Shown here piece by piece: positions 13,001 through 26,500 of a DNA stretch of 64,000 nucleotides. The position numbers and the translations under genes were made by a program. Position 1 is the stretch's first letter. Every line of letters starts with the position of its first letter. Source of the stretch: Raillietiella orientalis (Eukaryota); assembly GCA_036172245.1 (NCBI GenBank), contig JAYWIR010000044.1:248001-312000 (forward strand), in the 5' to 3' direction. The notes under the pieces are model-generated. The model made no database searches. It was given only the letters and a program-made list of their open reading frames with translations, and was not told the origin of the DNA.

Positions 13001-16000
13001 AACTACGGTGCCCTCCGAGGACTATGGCGGAGGCTGGCTTTAGCGCTCCCGAACCGGGGGACACCGCAAGGATGTTGATGCCCCTCTTCTTCACGGCAGG
13101 CGGCCTTTCGTTAAGTGCGGTCATCGCAACTATCAGCTGCATCCGCGCCGTCGTCATGGCTCGCCACGTATTGGAGTCGCGAGCGACCCCAACAGAGGTC
13201 ACCAGGATTGCAGACGTCAACATGAGGACGGCTGCTAGGTGGCCTCATCCCAAGGAAGAAGTGAGTAAGGAGATCGCCGGCATTCAACGCCGGTTCTGAA
13301 AAGAACGAACGGCTGACACCAAAGATCCGTGTCCTCATGTCCCCCCCTTCATATCTCTTTTTGTATTTATTTGCGGTCCCCCCCTCCCTCCCGTTCTGGA
13401 CTTTTGGAGTGCCCGACCTGCGTGTCCGGGAGCCCTCCCCTGAAGTTCTCGCCCCTTAGTCTGGGAACTCAGTTCCCAGATGGCTCGTTCCTTTTTTCGA
13501 ATAAATTCCCCGGCGAAACTGGATGATGAACCACTTGGATAGGTTTTCTGGTCGCGAAAGAGTCCGTCGGGGGGTCGTATTTTGGACGCGAGGGCATCGG
13601 CTAGGCAGTATGGTTTTGGACACGAAGAAGTGCGTTCGTCGCTGATGCTTCGGGGCGAACAAGATCGCGTTTTTTGTTTTCGTTTTTCTAGAAGGGAAAG
13701 GTTGGAAGGTTGTTCCGGCGCTCCTATCAGGCAGCACCGCAGAACTTCCTGTTGGCCGTGCCCAAGAACTCAACCCGGAGCAGGGCTTCCTGGTTTCTGC
13801 GCATGCCGTCCCTCACGAGTTCCTCGAAGGGGCGCGGAACTAATGCAATCCCATAGGTCGCCACTCAAATTATCCCGAGCAGAGCAATTACGATTTCCGG
13901 GAAGTGATTCTGCCAGCCACCAGCAGCGGAAGAGGTTCCAGTTTTCACAACTGCTTCCAATGATAAAGGATGATGCTACACTTGATGAGGCAATGCACTC
14001 CGTTCCGAAAGCAAAACTCGGAGGAAGGCGTCGTGCTAAACGGAGTTCTTCGAATGCAAATGAAGGCTTTCCGCATCGCTCGCCGGGTCTCCTGTTTCCA
14101 TGGTTTCGTCCCTCAGCAGCACCGTGTGCTCATTTGCGAGAACTGCTGGCATCCTAAGCAGCAAATAAGTTTTGCACCACCAGTTCTTTCCAGCCTCGTA
14201 GCTGGGAGCAGCTCCAATTAGTACCAGGGAGTTCTTAGCAGCCGCAACCCGCTGTCCGAAGAGCCTCTTCCCTGTTTGCTTCCGGAATCGACGCCTGGTC
14301 TCTAATGCAATCTGGCCATGATTAACGCTCTCGTCACTTCTATTTTTGCCATTCTAATCAAAACACTTTCGGGTCGTTGATAGAATGAAGAGAATACACT
14401 CGCCCTCTTTGATCATTATCAACATAGTGTCACGTTTGTTTATTTTTAACGACTCCTTTCTGATTGGCGTATCAGTAGTCATCATGAACGTAAAGAAAAC
14501 CAGAAATCGCCATTGGCCTCCACTGCCTTTCTGGAGACGCCCAACAAATGTCCTTGATCCAACGAGCGGATCTCGTTCTCCCGGTTTCCCTCTTCTGCTT
14601 CATGGAACTCTGGTTCTTTGCGTCCAGTGGAACTCTGGTGCACGAGAGGGTAAAGAACTAGACTGAGCACGCCGTACGAAGAAGGAGCCTGGAGTGGATG
14701 TGGAGAAGGCAGCATCCTTCTGGGGCATCCGATTCACGAGAACGAATCGCGGCCTACAAGAAGAGGTCAGACGGACTGGTAGATGAACTGTTTGGCTGGT
14801 CTGCAAGACGGTACGTGTCACGGACCTATTCGGAGAACGGCCGAGGCAAATCCCGCCTTCTCCTGATGGGATCTGCGGTGACCCTGTCCGTCATGTCAGT
14901 CTTTTCCGGCTGCTGCTTGGGACATCGGGAATCGGAGGAAACAATCACTACGACAGACTCATTTCACTACTCTTTGTGTTGAATACGGAGATGTCCAACA
15001 CGGAGCAAGGGAGCTCGGTTTGACCTCCATTCTGGCGCCGTCCACCGACGATGCAAACGCCCCAGCCGCTGCAGGCGGCAATCAAGGAATCCATTCTGCT
15101 GCGAGAAATGGATCTAGTTCTAGCTACTACATCTTTGATTTTCAAGTTCCGTGTCGCCTTTTCCTCTATTCCCTTGAACCCAACTGGGGATGTGGATCGG
15201 TGCTCCGGGATGAAAGCAGTTCTTTGCGTCCAGTTAGTAAAGGAGTGTGCTGACTCTATTGGAAGTGTAAGGTGGCTTGATTCCTTCAGTCATTTCTGCT
15301 GGTATGAAAACTCGTAGACAAAAACTTGCCAGAAGAAAAATAGAGAGGCCTTGATTGCAGTAGCAGCAGAAGACGGGATACCTTCCACCGAGTTGATGCA
15401 GATGAGGTGGGACTGGCTCGTTCGGAAGCAGAAGCAGGATATTGAGATTTTGTAGCAAGTTCTTCAAGAGCATTTCAAGATGAGAACCGCGACACCTTGC
15501 ATGCAGCAGTCCGTCTGTGTGAGCTGCCCAGCGTCAGACAAGGAAAGGTCCATGGAGACTTCCAAGCGGTGGTGGCGCCTTTGAATCACTGTTCGGAGCT
15601 GCCAGACCAGCTTCCCCTCACCGCGGTGGTACCAAAGAAGGGAAGTGGTGTCGAAGGAGCTAGAGCCCTGGAGCACCTTCCTGAGATCGCTTTGTTCTTC
15701 CCATCTCCTTCCGCAGACTTCATCTTCGCGTGGACAGTGCGCAGCACGGCTAGGGCGGCATTCCTGAAGGGGAAGTGTAAACGTCTTGCTTGCTGAAGAG
15801 GGCTGGACGCTTGTGGTCTCCCCAATCGGGTTCGCGGCTATCGGGATGTGGGTCTTGCGAGTACAGCGATCGTCCGCAAAGCGGGAGCGAATGTTTCAGG
15901 GCAGATAGGGCAATTAAAACCGGACGGCGTGGTTAAAACCTGATGGATTGGGGGAGGGCTGCCCGTCATGTTTTTACGATTTCCCGGGATCCGAAAGACA

Positions 16001-19000
16001 TTTTCTTCCTGCCGGGAACCGCAGCGCTTTCGCGCCTTCATCTGGGCATTTTATTCCTTCCAAGAATCGGACTATGAATGGCGGAAGGGACGGTTTGGAG
16101 TTCGATGAGGAGCTTTCGGTCATTTGAACCACACGCGGCGGCGACTTTTCCCCACTTTTTTTCGGCTCTCCGGGAATACGCGCGTTTTTTCCCGAAACTA
16201 ATTCCGTGCCCAAACAGCGTGGAATTCAGCAAGCGTCCGTGGTAATTTAATTGAATCTCTCCGGAGATCATGACTCGGGGATGACGATAAAATATCCTGC
16301 AGCACTGCAGTACTACTCTTAAATATCCCGCACACATCAGGTTTCAGCAAGCACAGGATAATGGCAAAGGCTTTCCAGAGTTCAGGAAGGCAAACGGGCA
16401 GTCGGTGGAACCGCCTGAGGAAAGCAAGGCGCTGGGGCAATGAATCGCCAAATAATTTTGCTCCAGACGCCATCTGCTGCGCCTAGGTTCATCCACTCTT
16501 CACACTCCTCGGGTGCTGCGTTAGACAGGAAGGCATGCATGTCGTGGATGCAGAAGGAACCAGTGCCTTGGAGAAGTCCTCCCTCGCATGGACCAACGAG
16601 ATGAATTCACGTTTGGTGATTGGACGGTGCGCGCGGTCAGGGGAAAAAAGGTTGACGGAGACAGAGAGATGCAGGAGCTAAAACAGACTGAATCACCGTG
16701 GCGACGCGATGGATTTCCTGCTCAGCACCTCCGCGTTCCCCTGAGAAGGTCGCGTGGTAACGCAGCTCGGGAGTGCGCGTGTTGGCACGCACTCTGCCCG
16801 GTTAGCTCCAGCGCATCTCGAATCGCTTGAGTTATCGGAGTGCTTTGGCGTCTGGAGCTATCATGCCATGGGAACAACACTTTCTAATGGCTCTTCGCGT
16901 TCCCTAAATACGCCGTTATCATTCTGCGTCGCTGCTGCTTATTAACACGCGCTAAATGCTATCTGACGAAATATCTGCAATCAGCATCTGTCCAGCATTT
17001 GAATACAAGTGGAGTCGCATCACGCAAAACCTTCGAGCTAGTTATCAGTGCGGATGCATTCCTCCTCGCGGTACAGAGTGCTGTTGTTTATGAAAGGTGC
17101 AGAAAGCAACGCTTCATACCACCGTTTCCCTTGGAATTTTTCCGTCCTCGCCCCAGCGCGCATCCTGCCGATCAATTCACGAGCCGACTCACCTATCCAG
17201 GGAATTAAAGAACAAACTTCTCAGCCACTTTGACAGCTCCCTACTCGTTATCTCTCACCTGTCCCTAGAGGCACCTTGGCGAAAAACAATCCTGCCCCAG
17301 GCACCACTCAAGAGCTTATCCACTATCTTCAAACGAGGACGGTGTCCTCCTTGTCCATTGCACCACAGGTTTTCCAGCGACCGGCCACGGATGGGGTTGA
17401 GTGGTTTTCGCAATGGATGCAAAGAACCCTCAAGGGTCGTTTGCAAGAGTCGCAATAGTTTTAACTGAAGTCCATGCTCAACAGATGGCCACTTGTGCCA
17501 CGGGAATACTGACCTACTGTCGGCAAAGTAGATTCGCATCTTTTACCGTCAGTCTCGCAAGACAATTCTTTTCTTTTGGTTCGACAAGTGCTGAGGGACC
17601 GCTCACCTCGTTAGGGGGCACACGCAAACATTGTCTTTTAACTTTTAACGTCTCTTTAACATTGTCTACGCCACCCAAGGGTGTGTGTGTGACTGTGCAG
17701 TTAGGGGGCAATCTCGTATGGGCCACCCCATGAATCCGATAGAAAGAATTTGTTCCTCCTACGCTTGGCAGGGTACCCCGAAAGGCTCCTTGATTCCTGA
17801 AAGGACCCTAGAGTTCAACTTCCAATCCTGATCAGTCAACAGGAGCATCTGGCTCGTTCCCACCAGTGCCGCACCCGAAGTCAACCAGCAGCGTCATCTT
17901 ACGGGAAGACTCGAAACCCACGACGTACCACCCATTTCTCGCAGTTTATCATCTAAGTGGGGATTCAACCCGTAACGTTTGGTACCCCGTCGCGAAGACG
18001 GCAGCCAGACGGCCTCCAGCATAGACGTGCAGCTACGGACAATTCTTCGCTACTTCCTTTGCTACCCTACTACTTGATAGTTCTTAAAACTCTTGCAATG
18101 AGGAACTGATCGCTCTTCTGGATTCCTGCTATACTCCAAGATCCCCTCGGCAGGGTGCTCTCAAAGGAGCAGCAGCAGTCTGGAGTTACTTTGAGCTGTT
18201 CCAATTCTTTCATCGTCTGCTGTGCACCCCACCGGGAAGCCATCGTGTTTGTTCTCCCACCCCTCATCGCTGGATACTCCTTTCATCCGCCATTTGCCTC
18301 CACTGGACCATCCTATTCTATGATCTGCGGTGCCTGAAGACTGCGTAAGAAGGCTGCTCGAGGTGCGCAGAAATCTCCCATAATTCTGGTGGTCTCTTCG
18401 GATTCTCGAGGGGCACAGTCAGGCGCAGCTGCCAAGTCACGGTCGCGCATCCCTCAGCCTCAGCTATGCCCAAAACCACCCGTCATAGTGCAGGAAGTTG
18501 AACCTCGGATGCCTACTCCTTTCAACACCTCCGTCTTGAAGCCGATCTTTGCCAGCAGACTGAAGTTTCAAGCAGATGCCCTCCCGCTTCAAGGAGCACT
18601 CCGAAAGGGGCTTCAGCTACCGGGAGTGTTCTCCGGCTTGCAAGCAGCCCAAGAACCAGCTCCTACGAGAATTCAGGAAGGACTGTCGGGGAAGCCGGCG
18701 GGATTCTCACGCGATTGGAACATCCGAACCCAAGAAGCAACAAAAAAGACGTGCTCTACTTTCGCACCTTCAAGCACTCTTCGTCCGCACCTTCGCTTCG
18801 AGATACAAGGTCCGAGAAGTCTGTTTGAAAAGCTGTGAGAAAGGAAAGAGAAGGACCATCGCGATGCGATCCGCAACCGAGGTCCAGCGGGGCGACTTAT
18901 GACGAGGCAACTTACCCGTACAGCATCTGCGCTTGTGAGAGTCATGCAGACAAGGCTCACCACACTCACCAATATACGAAGATCCACCGGGATAGAAGTG

Positions 19001-20566
19001 ATCTGGGTTTTCCCGAAGAGGTGCTACAAGCTCCAGCTCGAATTCAGCTGAGCTGCCTAGCAACCGTTACGAAGACACCCCTTTTGCTATGAATTGATCG
19101 CCATCTTCGCTCTGGGCGTTTCAAGAACAAGCTCTGTTTACTGAGCGGACGGAAGGACCGTGTGAAATAAAGGACCCGCTATCTTCATGTGATCTTCACT
19201 ACCTTCTGTTCTTGTTCGATGCGTGTCAGGAGATGACACCACTCCCAGCTTCCGAATGCGTCCTACATCCAGCGCCTGTTACAGAAAACCCTCCCAACCT
19301 TCCTCTCCTTGCGATCCTTCAGTCGGTGAAGCATTTCATCATGCCCTTGGATGTACGTGAGTACCACAGAAGAGCGGCGTCTCATTCCAGACTCCACGCC
19401 CTCTGCAGGCACCACCCTGTGTTCAGAATGTTCCGAAAGGTCGGCAGCTCTGAACGTTCCGCGCTTCAAGACGGTTAACAGCAACCAGTAACGGCTGCGT
19501 GCAACTGACTCTGTAGCCTACCCCAAGTGGACTAACAAGGAGGATGGTGGATCCGAGCTCAGCTTGGCGGAGAAACAGAAGAGAGTTTGAACTGGCCTTC
19601 GTGCTCAGTTCATGTCGGAAGGGGAAGGACAACGGTGAGAAGCCTAACGGTACCGTTCAAAGTTTGCGTCACGTGATTAACAGGAACTCCAAGGACCGCC
19701 AAAGATCCGTCCGCCCTCTGGATGAAGTGGAAAAGGAAAGCACTGTCCCTTCCTGCCATGCCTTTCTCCAATTCCCGAGTCGCGCAAGACATCTGAGGAT
19801 GACAAGTGGCATTCTTCCTCAATGGTAGGATGCTTCGTCCCGGATCTCAAAGGCGAAGGAATGGCCACTCTTGTCCATGGAACCCCCATGAAAGACCACG
19901 GTGCGACCAGTAACGGCTGAGTGCAGCTGACGCGGTAACCGCCCCCGCGTGTACCAACAAAGAGGGTGGTGAATCCGAGATCAGGTTGATGGCAGAACAG
20001 AAGAGAGTTTGACCTGACCTTCGTGCTCGGTTCGTGACGGAAGGGGAAGGACAACGGTGAGGAGCCGAACTCCAGTCGTGCGCGAAAGAGATAATGGTAA
20101 TCCCAGCCGTTCCGATACTCCATGTCATCCGGTTAAATTATCTTGTTTGATTTAGGAGAGCTCCTTGAACGCAGAAATCGTTAAGGAGGAAAGATAAATT
20201 TGCGAAAGCGTCTAATGATATTTTGATATTTCAATTACACGGATGGCTGGCAGGGAATTCCCCAAGTGCATTGTAAAAAAAAAAAACTAGTTTACATTTT
20301 TTTTTCTTCCCTGTGTCTTTTTCATTTCATTTCCGGTTCCGTCTGCTTCACGCGATTCTTCTCACCATCCGCGAATTCAAGCGGAACCAAAATTTATCAT
20401 CTCTGCTCTGATTTCTTCAAGAGCGATTTCGATTTTTGCATCGCGCTGCATCTCGCAGGCTGCCGTCGCGTTGCCATCGAAACGGCTTCAGGGATGGCGC
20501 TCTCTAGCCTTTCTTTCGCTTCAGACGCATTGCCGACCAGCCGTTTTCCTCGCAGTACACTTACAA

Positions 20567-20597
<31 letters not shown>

Positions 20598-23500
20598 CAC
20601 ACACACACACGAATAACCGATTAAATCCCCCCTCCAAAAGATGGAGTGCAACCCTAACCCCAGAATGGGGATATAGCTCTCAGTGCACCCATAAAGAGGT
20701 CCGCATTTCGAATGGCATTATCTCGTTGATAGCCCCCGTGAAAGTGAGGAAGAAGTTGCACTGGTAGAGGAGGCTTCACGAGGTGCTCCCCGCCCGCATA
20801 GGGGATGAGGAATCCGCGTTCAGCTGCATCCACAGCTGCGGGTCATCACCAGAGAGTCCTGATTTGGCGCCTCTGGAACGGAATCCGAAGGCGAGCACAG
20901 CATCTCGCAGAAACGCACGTGTTGTAAGAAGACACCTGGAACTGCTGCTTTGTGTATTTCGTGCGTCTGTCTTGGAAAATCGGCAAAGATTACATTTTTG
21001 CATCCGATATTAGCGGTGTGCGACATTTGTGACGGGTTGCCTTGGATACGAAACCGGTCAAAGATAAGACGCTGCAATACGTTACTGAGCTTATCATATC
21101 CACATTTGGAAAACATACATCGAACTCGCTTTGATGAAATGTTCAATGAATACGTGATCGCTGTATACACGGAGGACTTCCGGAGCAGAACTTGAAAAGA
21201 GACGTTATCTCTAAAGAGCAAAGCGTCGTTACCAAAGATTGCTGATACACCGAGAACGTACGTAACGGACGAAGAGCATAGTTTGGGCTTTAGGGGAAGA
21301 AAAGACATGAAGACTGCCACCTCGGCTGGCAACGAGCAAATGGGAGGTTGTGACCTTGGTTAAGCCTGCCGTTCCCCCGAATAGGACGCAAGACTTGAAA
21401 CACACTATGGTCTCCGACTTTCTACCGGAAGATCCAGCACATGTCCGGATGTCTGAGAGTATCAGCAGAGACTGTGGCGCGGATGCGAGGATCTTCTGCT
21501 AGCGGACCGAGATCCGAAGAAGCAGCGAAAGACAGCAGAGGCACTTCCAGATCAGCTTCTCCCACTCTCCACTTTCTCTCCGTCTCCTCCTGCACCGGGG
21601 GACGAGCAGCAGCTGACCGAGGCAGGCCCGAGGGTTTCCACCTGCACCTGCAAAGTTCCTCTCCAGTTCGGAACCACTGGCCTCCTATTGAGAGCACACT
21701 ATCTGCTGCCGCCCACGAGCTCTGCCTAGGTCCCTTGTAAGCAGCCCACGGTCGCAAAACTTCCGCGAAACAGTCGAAACCGAATTAGGGACAGCGTCTG
21801 CCTAGCGTCAGACGAAAGAAATCATCAAGATTCCAGGAAAACTACCGACTCATTTCGTCAGCTGGAGAAAGGGAAGAGAGTACACACTGGTGCAGAGAAG
21901 TTGAACGAAAGTTTTCGAGTTTAGGGACTGATTTGAATTTTCTTTTCAAGCCTGCAGACGTCTCGGAAGAATGGCTGACGCGTCTAAGAATGAGGTTAGC
22001 TTAGGGTAGTTTGGTGTAGGTAGGTTAGGTCAGATCTTTGGAATCACGTCGTAGTCAGAGATGCTTGCATCTCTCTGGAAATCGCGGAACAGTTGTGGTT
22101 GGGCTTTCGGGTCTACCTTAGCTGCCCTTAACTTAGAAGAGAAGCCGGCAACCGTGCTAGCAGCTCAACATCTGGAACCCTGGGAAGTGCTTCACACCGT
22201 CAACGGCACGAAGCCAGAGAGGGATTTCCGAAATCAAGGGCTTGTAGCTGAAGAAATGCGAGGGTGTTCCAAGAGCTCGAAACCTCCGTTTGTGCTTTTA
22301 GGGTTAAGTCGGGTGAGAGTGGTGGGTTCCGGAAATCTGCTCTATGGAGAATTTAGACGCACTGGAGAGAACAGGAAGTATCTTCGCCGCTTTGGCTCTC
22401 ACTTTTACGGCAACTCATTGCCCTCTTGTCAGTCAGCTGGAGGTGGGAGCAGTTTTTTCGTCCAAATCACAATGTCTGGTCTGAGCTAAGATACCATTTT
22501 CTGAGGAAAGAATGCCAGGTGGACGTGTCTTGGTTGTCTTCAAAGCAGGCATTCGTTCCTGGTATGTGACGTCACCGTCCACGTGGGAGGACAGTTCAAA
22601 ACAAACAGGACGTTCCAAACAGGACACTCCAGTTCAAAAGCACGCTACCAGCGTCCTTAGAAGCCTCAGAAATTCCAGAGTGCCGCGAAGCGCTGCTTCT
22701 AGAGCGGTTGCAGGAAGGGCGCAGAACTGCAGCCGACCCGGAATCCCGAGCGTAGCGTCCGGACGACTGCCTCTCAAACATGGAGGGAGAAGTCAAAGTG
22801 GAATTTCTTCGAAACCTGCCTGCGTGAGCAATGCTTCCGGTAACATTTCCTTGGCTACTGTTTGGCTCCAACACTAGCCGCGAGGGGTGAGTCGCCATAT
22901 TTTCTCGCGGCTCGCAAATCTCACCTCTGGCACTGCTGGCACCTCTGGCGGGCTCACGAATCACTTATGAAAATGAAGGGTCAGTCGCGATACATTTAGA
23001 AGTCACAGATTCTAGAATTGGGAAAATTTCGTATGGAGGTTTCCAAGAACCATTCGCCACTGTTTTTGAGTTTCGAAGGCCCCTGCTGCTGTTCGATGGA
23101 AGCCAAGCTGCATACACGATCACCTTGACTACCAGAGGTGGATAGAATATCCAGGGGAAGGAACATCCAGGAAACAGGGAATACGTGAACCCTGGCTCTT
23201 GTGGAAGAAACATCCAGCAGCTAGGTTTCGCACGTCCCTGCAGTAGGAAATTTGACCACCTCTGAAAGGCATGATCCGCCGCTGGCTGTCCGGAAAACGT
23301 TTGTGATTTTGCAAGGTGGGCAGACCGTCAGTGCATCCACGGACCACCTTCCACTGCTCTGGAAAGCGGACATCTATTCTCCAAGTGCGAAACGCTTCAG
23401 GTAGGGACAGCACTGGTAAGCAAGGATAAGAGGGAAACCGGGGTGGACTCCCGATCAGCCTATCCCGGGAGCAGATTCCAAGCTAAATCTAGACCCGGTT

Positions 23501-26500
23501 CCTCCAAGTCTGGCATCAGATGCATTTCTGAGTATGTGTGCCTGCAAAGGAAGATGCATCGGTTCGGGAAGGAGGTTGGCTGCTGCTGTCCCGACAGTGC
23601 TCTTCACGATCTGCTACTGCCACAGCCCTACGCTTGCTGGTACGTTACGGACCAGATGGAAAACCCGGAACGTCGGATGAGACCAGGATTCCTCGAGCTG
23701 ACTCGTTCCTCGGGACTTCTCGCATGTTGCCTCCTTGGCAGCAGGAGGCGAAGACAGGTCAATGCTGCGAGCTCTTCAGACGCGTCTTTTTCAGCTGTCG
23801 GTCACGAGAGGCAGCTGAACGTTGGGGTAACCGGAAGAAAGTTCCGTGGCGCGTCAGGGACTGCTGCACCACGGATCTCCACGAATGGCGCGCACAATAA
23901 ACGAGAAGCTCAGGATGGAGACGCTGCGAATTATTTATCAAGAAAAGGGAGATGCGATGGAATGAAAGAAAAAAAAAAAAACTTGCGGATTTTTCTAGAG
24001 GTCATATTGAAGCGAAAATACCGTCCCAGCCGGGGATGAGGAAACCATCGGAGCAGGCAACCGGAAGAACCGCTCGTTCCTCCAGAAAGGAGAAATTCAT
24101 CGTAATGAGGGTGTGGGTGGGCTCGAGTGAAAGTCGTTCCAAACTGAGAGGGCATTCGATAGCCGGAGAGAAGGAATCGAGCTACGTGCCCGCGTGACAG
24201 CTGGAAAAATTGTTCCTTGCCGATCCATCAAGTGGGATTCGTGTTTCCTCTATTGACACACGCTGATATCGATGCATCGGACGAACCTTTCTCCTCTTGA
24301 GGGAATCATTCAATCCTAATAAGCGTACACGTTGTTGATATTACTTGATGACTTTTCCTTATGGCATTGGGGATGTAGTTATCAGAAATATTGATTAATG
24401 GAGCATGCGGATGACGAAACGATCCGAGAATTCCCCCCCTCCTCCCCCGAAAAATTCGTGTTCGTGGTTCCTCTAAAGGGGTACAAGCAGGGTATTGCTC
24501 CAGCTTCCACGAACAGCCTGCTCCTCTGGAGAACGCAGGGACGAAAGCACACGTCCGTTTCATATCTTGAAGGGATTGGAGAAATTTCTTGGCCTGTCCT
24601 CTTGACTGATCTTTCTTGTGTCTTTCTCGACATTGTCTTGAAGTGATGCGGCTCGCCGCTGCATGAAAAGCGGTGCTTGATGTCGAAGAAGCCTCCACCA
24701 TCTTTCCAGACGCTTCTCTTTTCCCACTCTTTCTCGGAAGCCCTCCATTGCTGATTTCAAAAGGACTGTGGTACCTCGATCCGGCATCAGTGATTCACGC
24801 CGCTCGGAAAAGGATACCGGAAGACGGAGGAGGAAATCACGCGAGACTAAACGTGTGCAAGAATTTTTCGTGGCAGTCCTGAAAGAGGATCTGAAAGAGG
24901 AGGCAGCTGTCTTGGAACGAAGCAGACTCAGTCAGGAATCGCTGAAAACAGCTGACAGTATTGCAGGGACGCCTCGCATGAGGTCATCAGAGGACGTCGT
25001 CTTTTTTTTTTTTTTTTTCTACCCGTCGAAGTTGACATCCGAGTAGGGATATTCCTCAACGTGAACTGTTTAAGAGAGACCAACAGCAGATTCAGAATCC
25101 CAACGTCACGATGCCGCTGAGATCCCCCCATACTCTTATCGTGCGAGGATGGTGGTTCGCGTCGTCTTTTCGTAACCGCGATACTTCTCGTCTCAGAAGA
25201 GTTCCTGAGCCGCGTCGCAGCCCTTTTTCCTCTATGGATGAGCGACTTTGAAAGCAGGGCTAGAAAGGGAAGACGAGACAGCCCTGCGGGAATACCCGTG
25301 GGAGTGCTTCTCAGAAGCCTCGTTCGCTTGCCTGCTTCGTGCATGGACAGCCCTTCACGTTTCGAGGTTCACCTTCCCGTCACGTTTCGAGAAATTCGGA
25401 CTCTCAAGTGCTCAACGGAAGAGATGAAATTCCTAGCACCCAAGAAGAACCTTTTCTCAGTGCACCCTGCAGCGCTCAGTTCAGTTTCGTCGACACTCGG
25501 TTCAACGTACGAAGAGAGTCGACGTCGCGCAAAGAAAGTGAACGAACAAGATCTTGTCGCAACGGCAAGGTTTGGGATCCGACGCCGCCGACATCGGAGA
25601 GACCATCGGAGGTCCGCCGAGACCAACATCCCTATTGCGCCAATGAACTCAGCCCAGGAGGCAGCTGGAAGAAGCGCGTCCTCCTAAGCTTGGAGTCCCA
25701 ACCATCAACAACACCGGGAGCAACAGAAAGACCGCACTGTCCGATTCATATGGAGGTGCAGCAGCTTTGCATGTTGTCAGCATCCATTCAATTCTTCGCG
25801 CTTTCCGTTTCGATCAGAAGCACGAATTTTTCATTTTTTCTCCTTCTGGTGACCCTCGTGACCTCCTGCGAGTAAAATGCTTATTGTCAGAAGTGAAAGC
25901 GCCGAAGGGAAAAAGAGTAGAGTGAGGAACACGAAGGACTTTTTCCTCGTCGAAGACGAAAGTAGTCGCGAGAACGGACCTAGGACGAGTGGAGAATCAG
26001 AACGCCCTTGACATTTGGGCGGCGACGCTGAGCAGCGCTTCAATCTCAGAGTGCCTCCTCTCCCATGTATCTCTATCAAACGGAGCACTCTGCCCAAGAA
26101 ACGCAGCCATGCCAACTCGCCTTCGGTGACGGGACGGCCCTCATTGGTTCATTCACTCCGCGTGCCCGCGGCAACCGAATTGCGTTTCTTCGCCCCACGC
26201 CGGATGACTTCGGTTCCACGGCGTGGCGACCAAAGCATCAAAATTCGGGTAGTCGCCCTACGGGATGACTGTGCCTCAGTTCGACACCGGCGGCGCGGCC
26301 GCAGGCTGCCTCTACGCGCTCGACGGTCCCACTAAGAAATTCCAATTTCTCTTTCAAGGAATGGAGCCCCAGTCACTGTGTCACTGTGCTGTCTGTCAAA
26401 TCAATTAGCGAGTTGCTTGCCAATTACGAAAAATCGAGGCTCGTGAGCGCCAACTCGGAGCGCTAAGCTTCTCCTGAAAATGCCGCCATTAGCTCGAACT

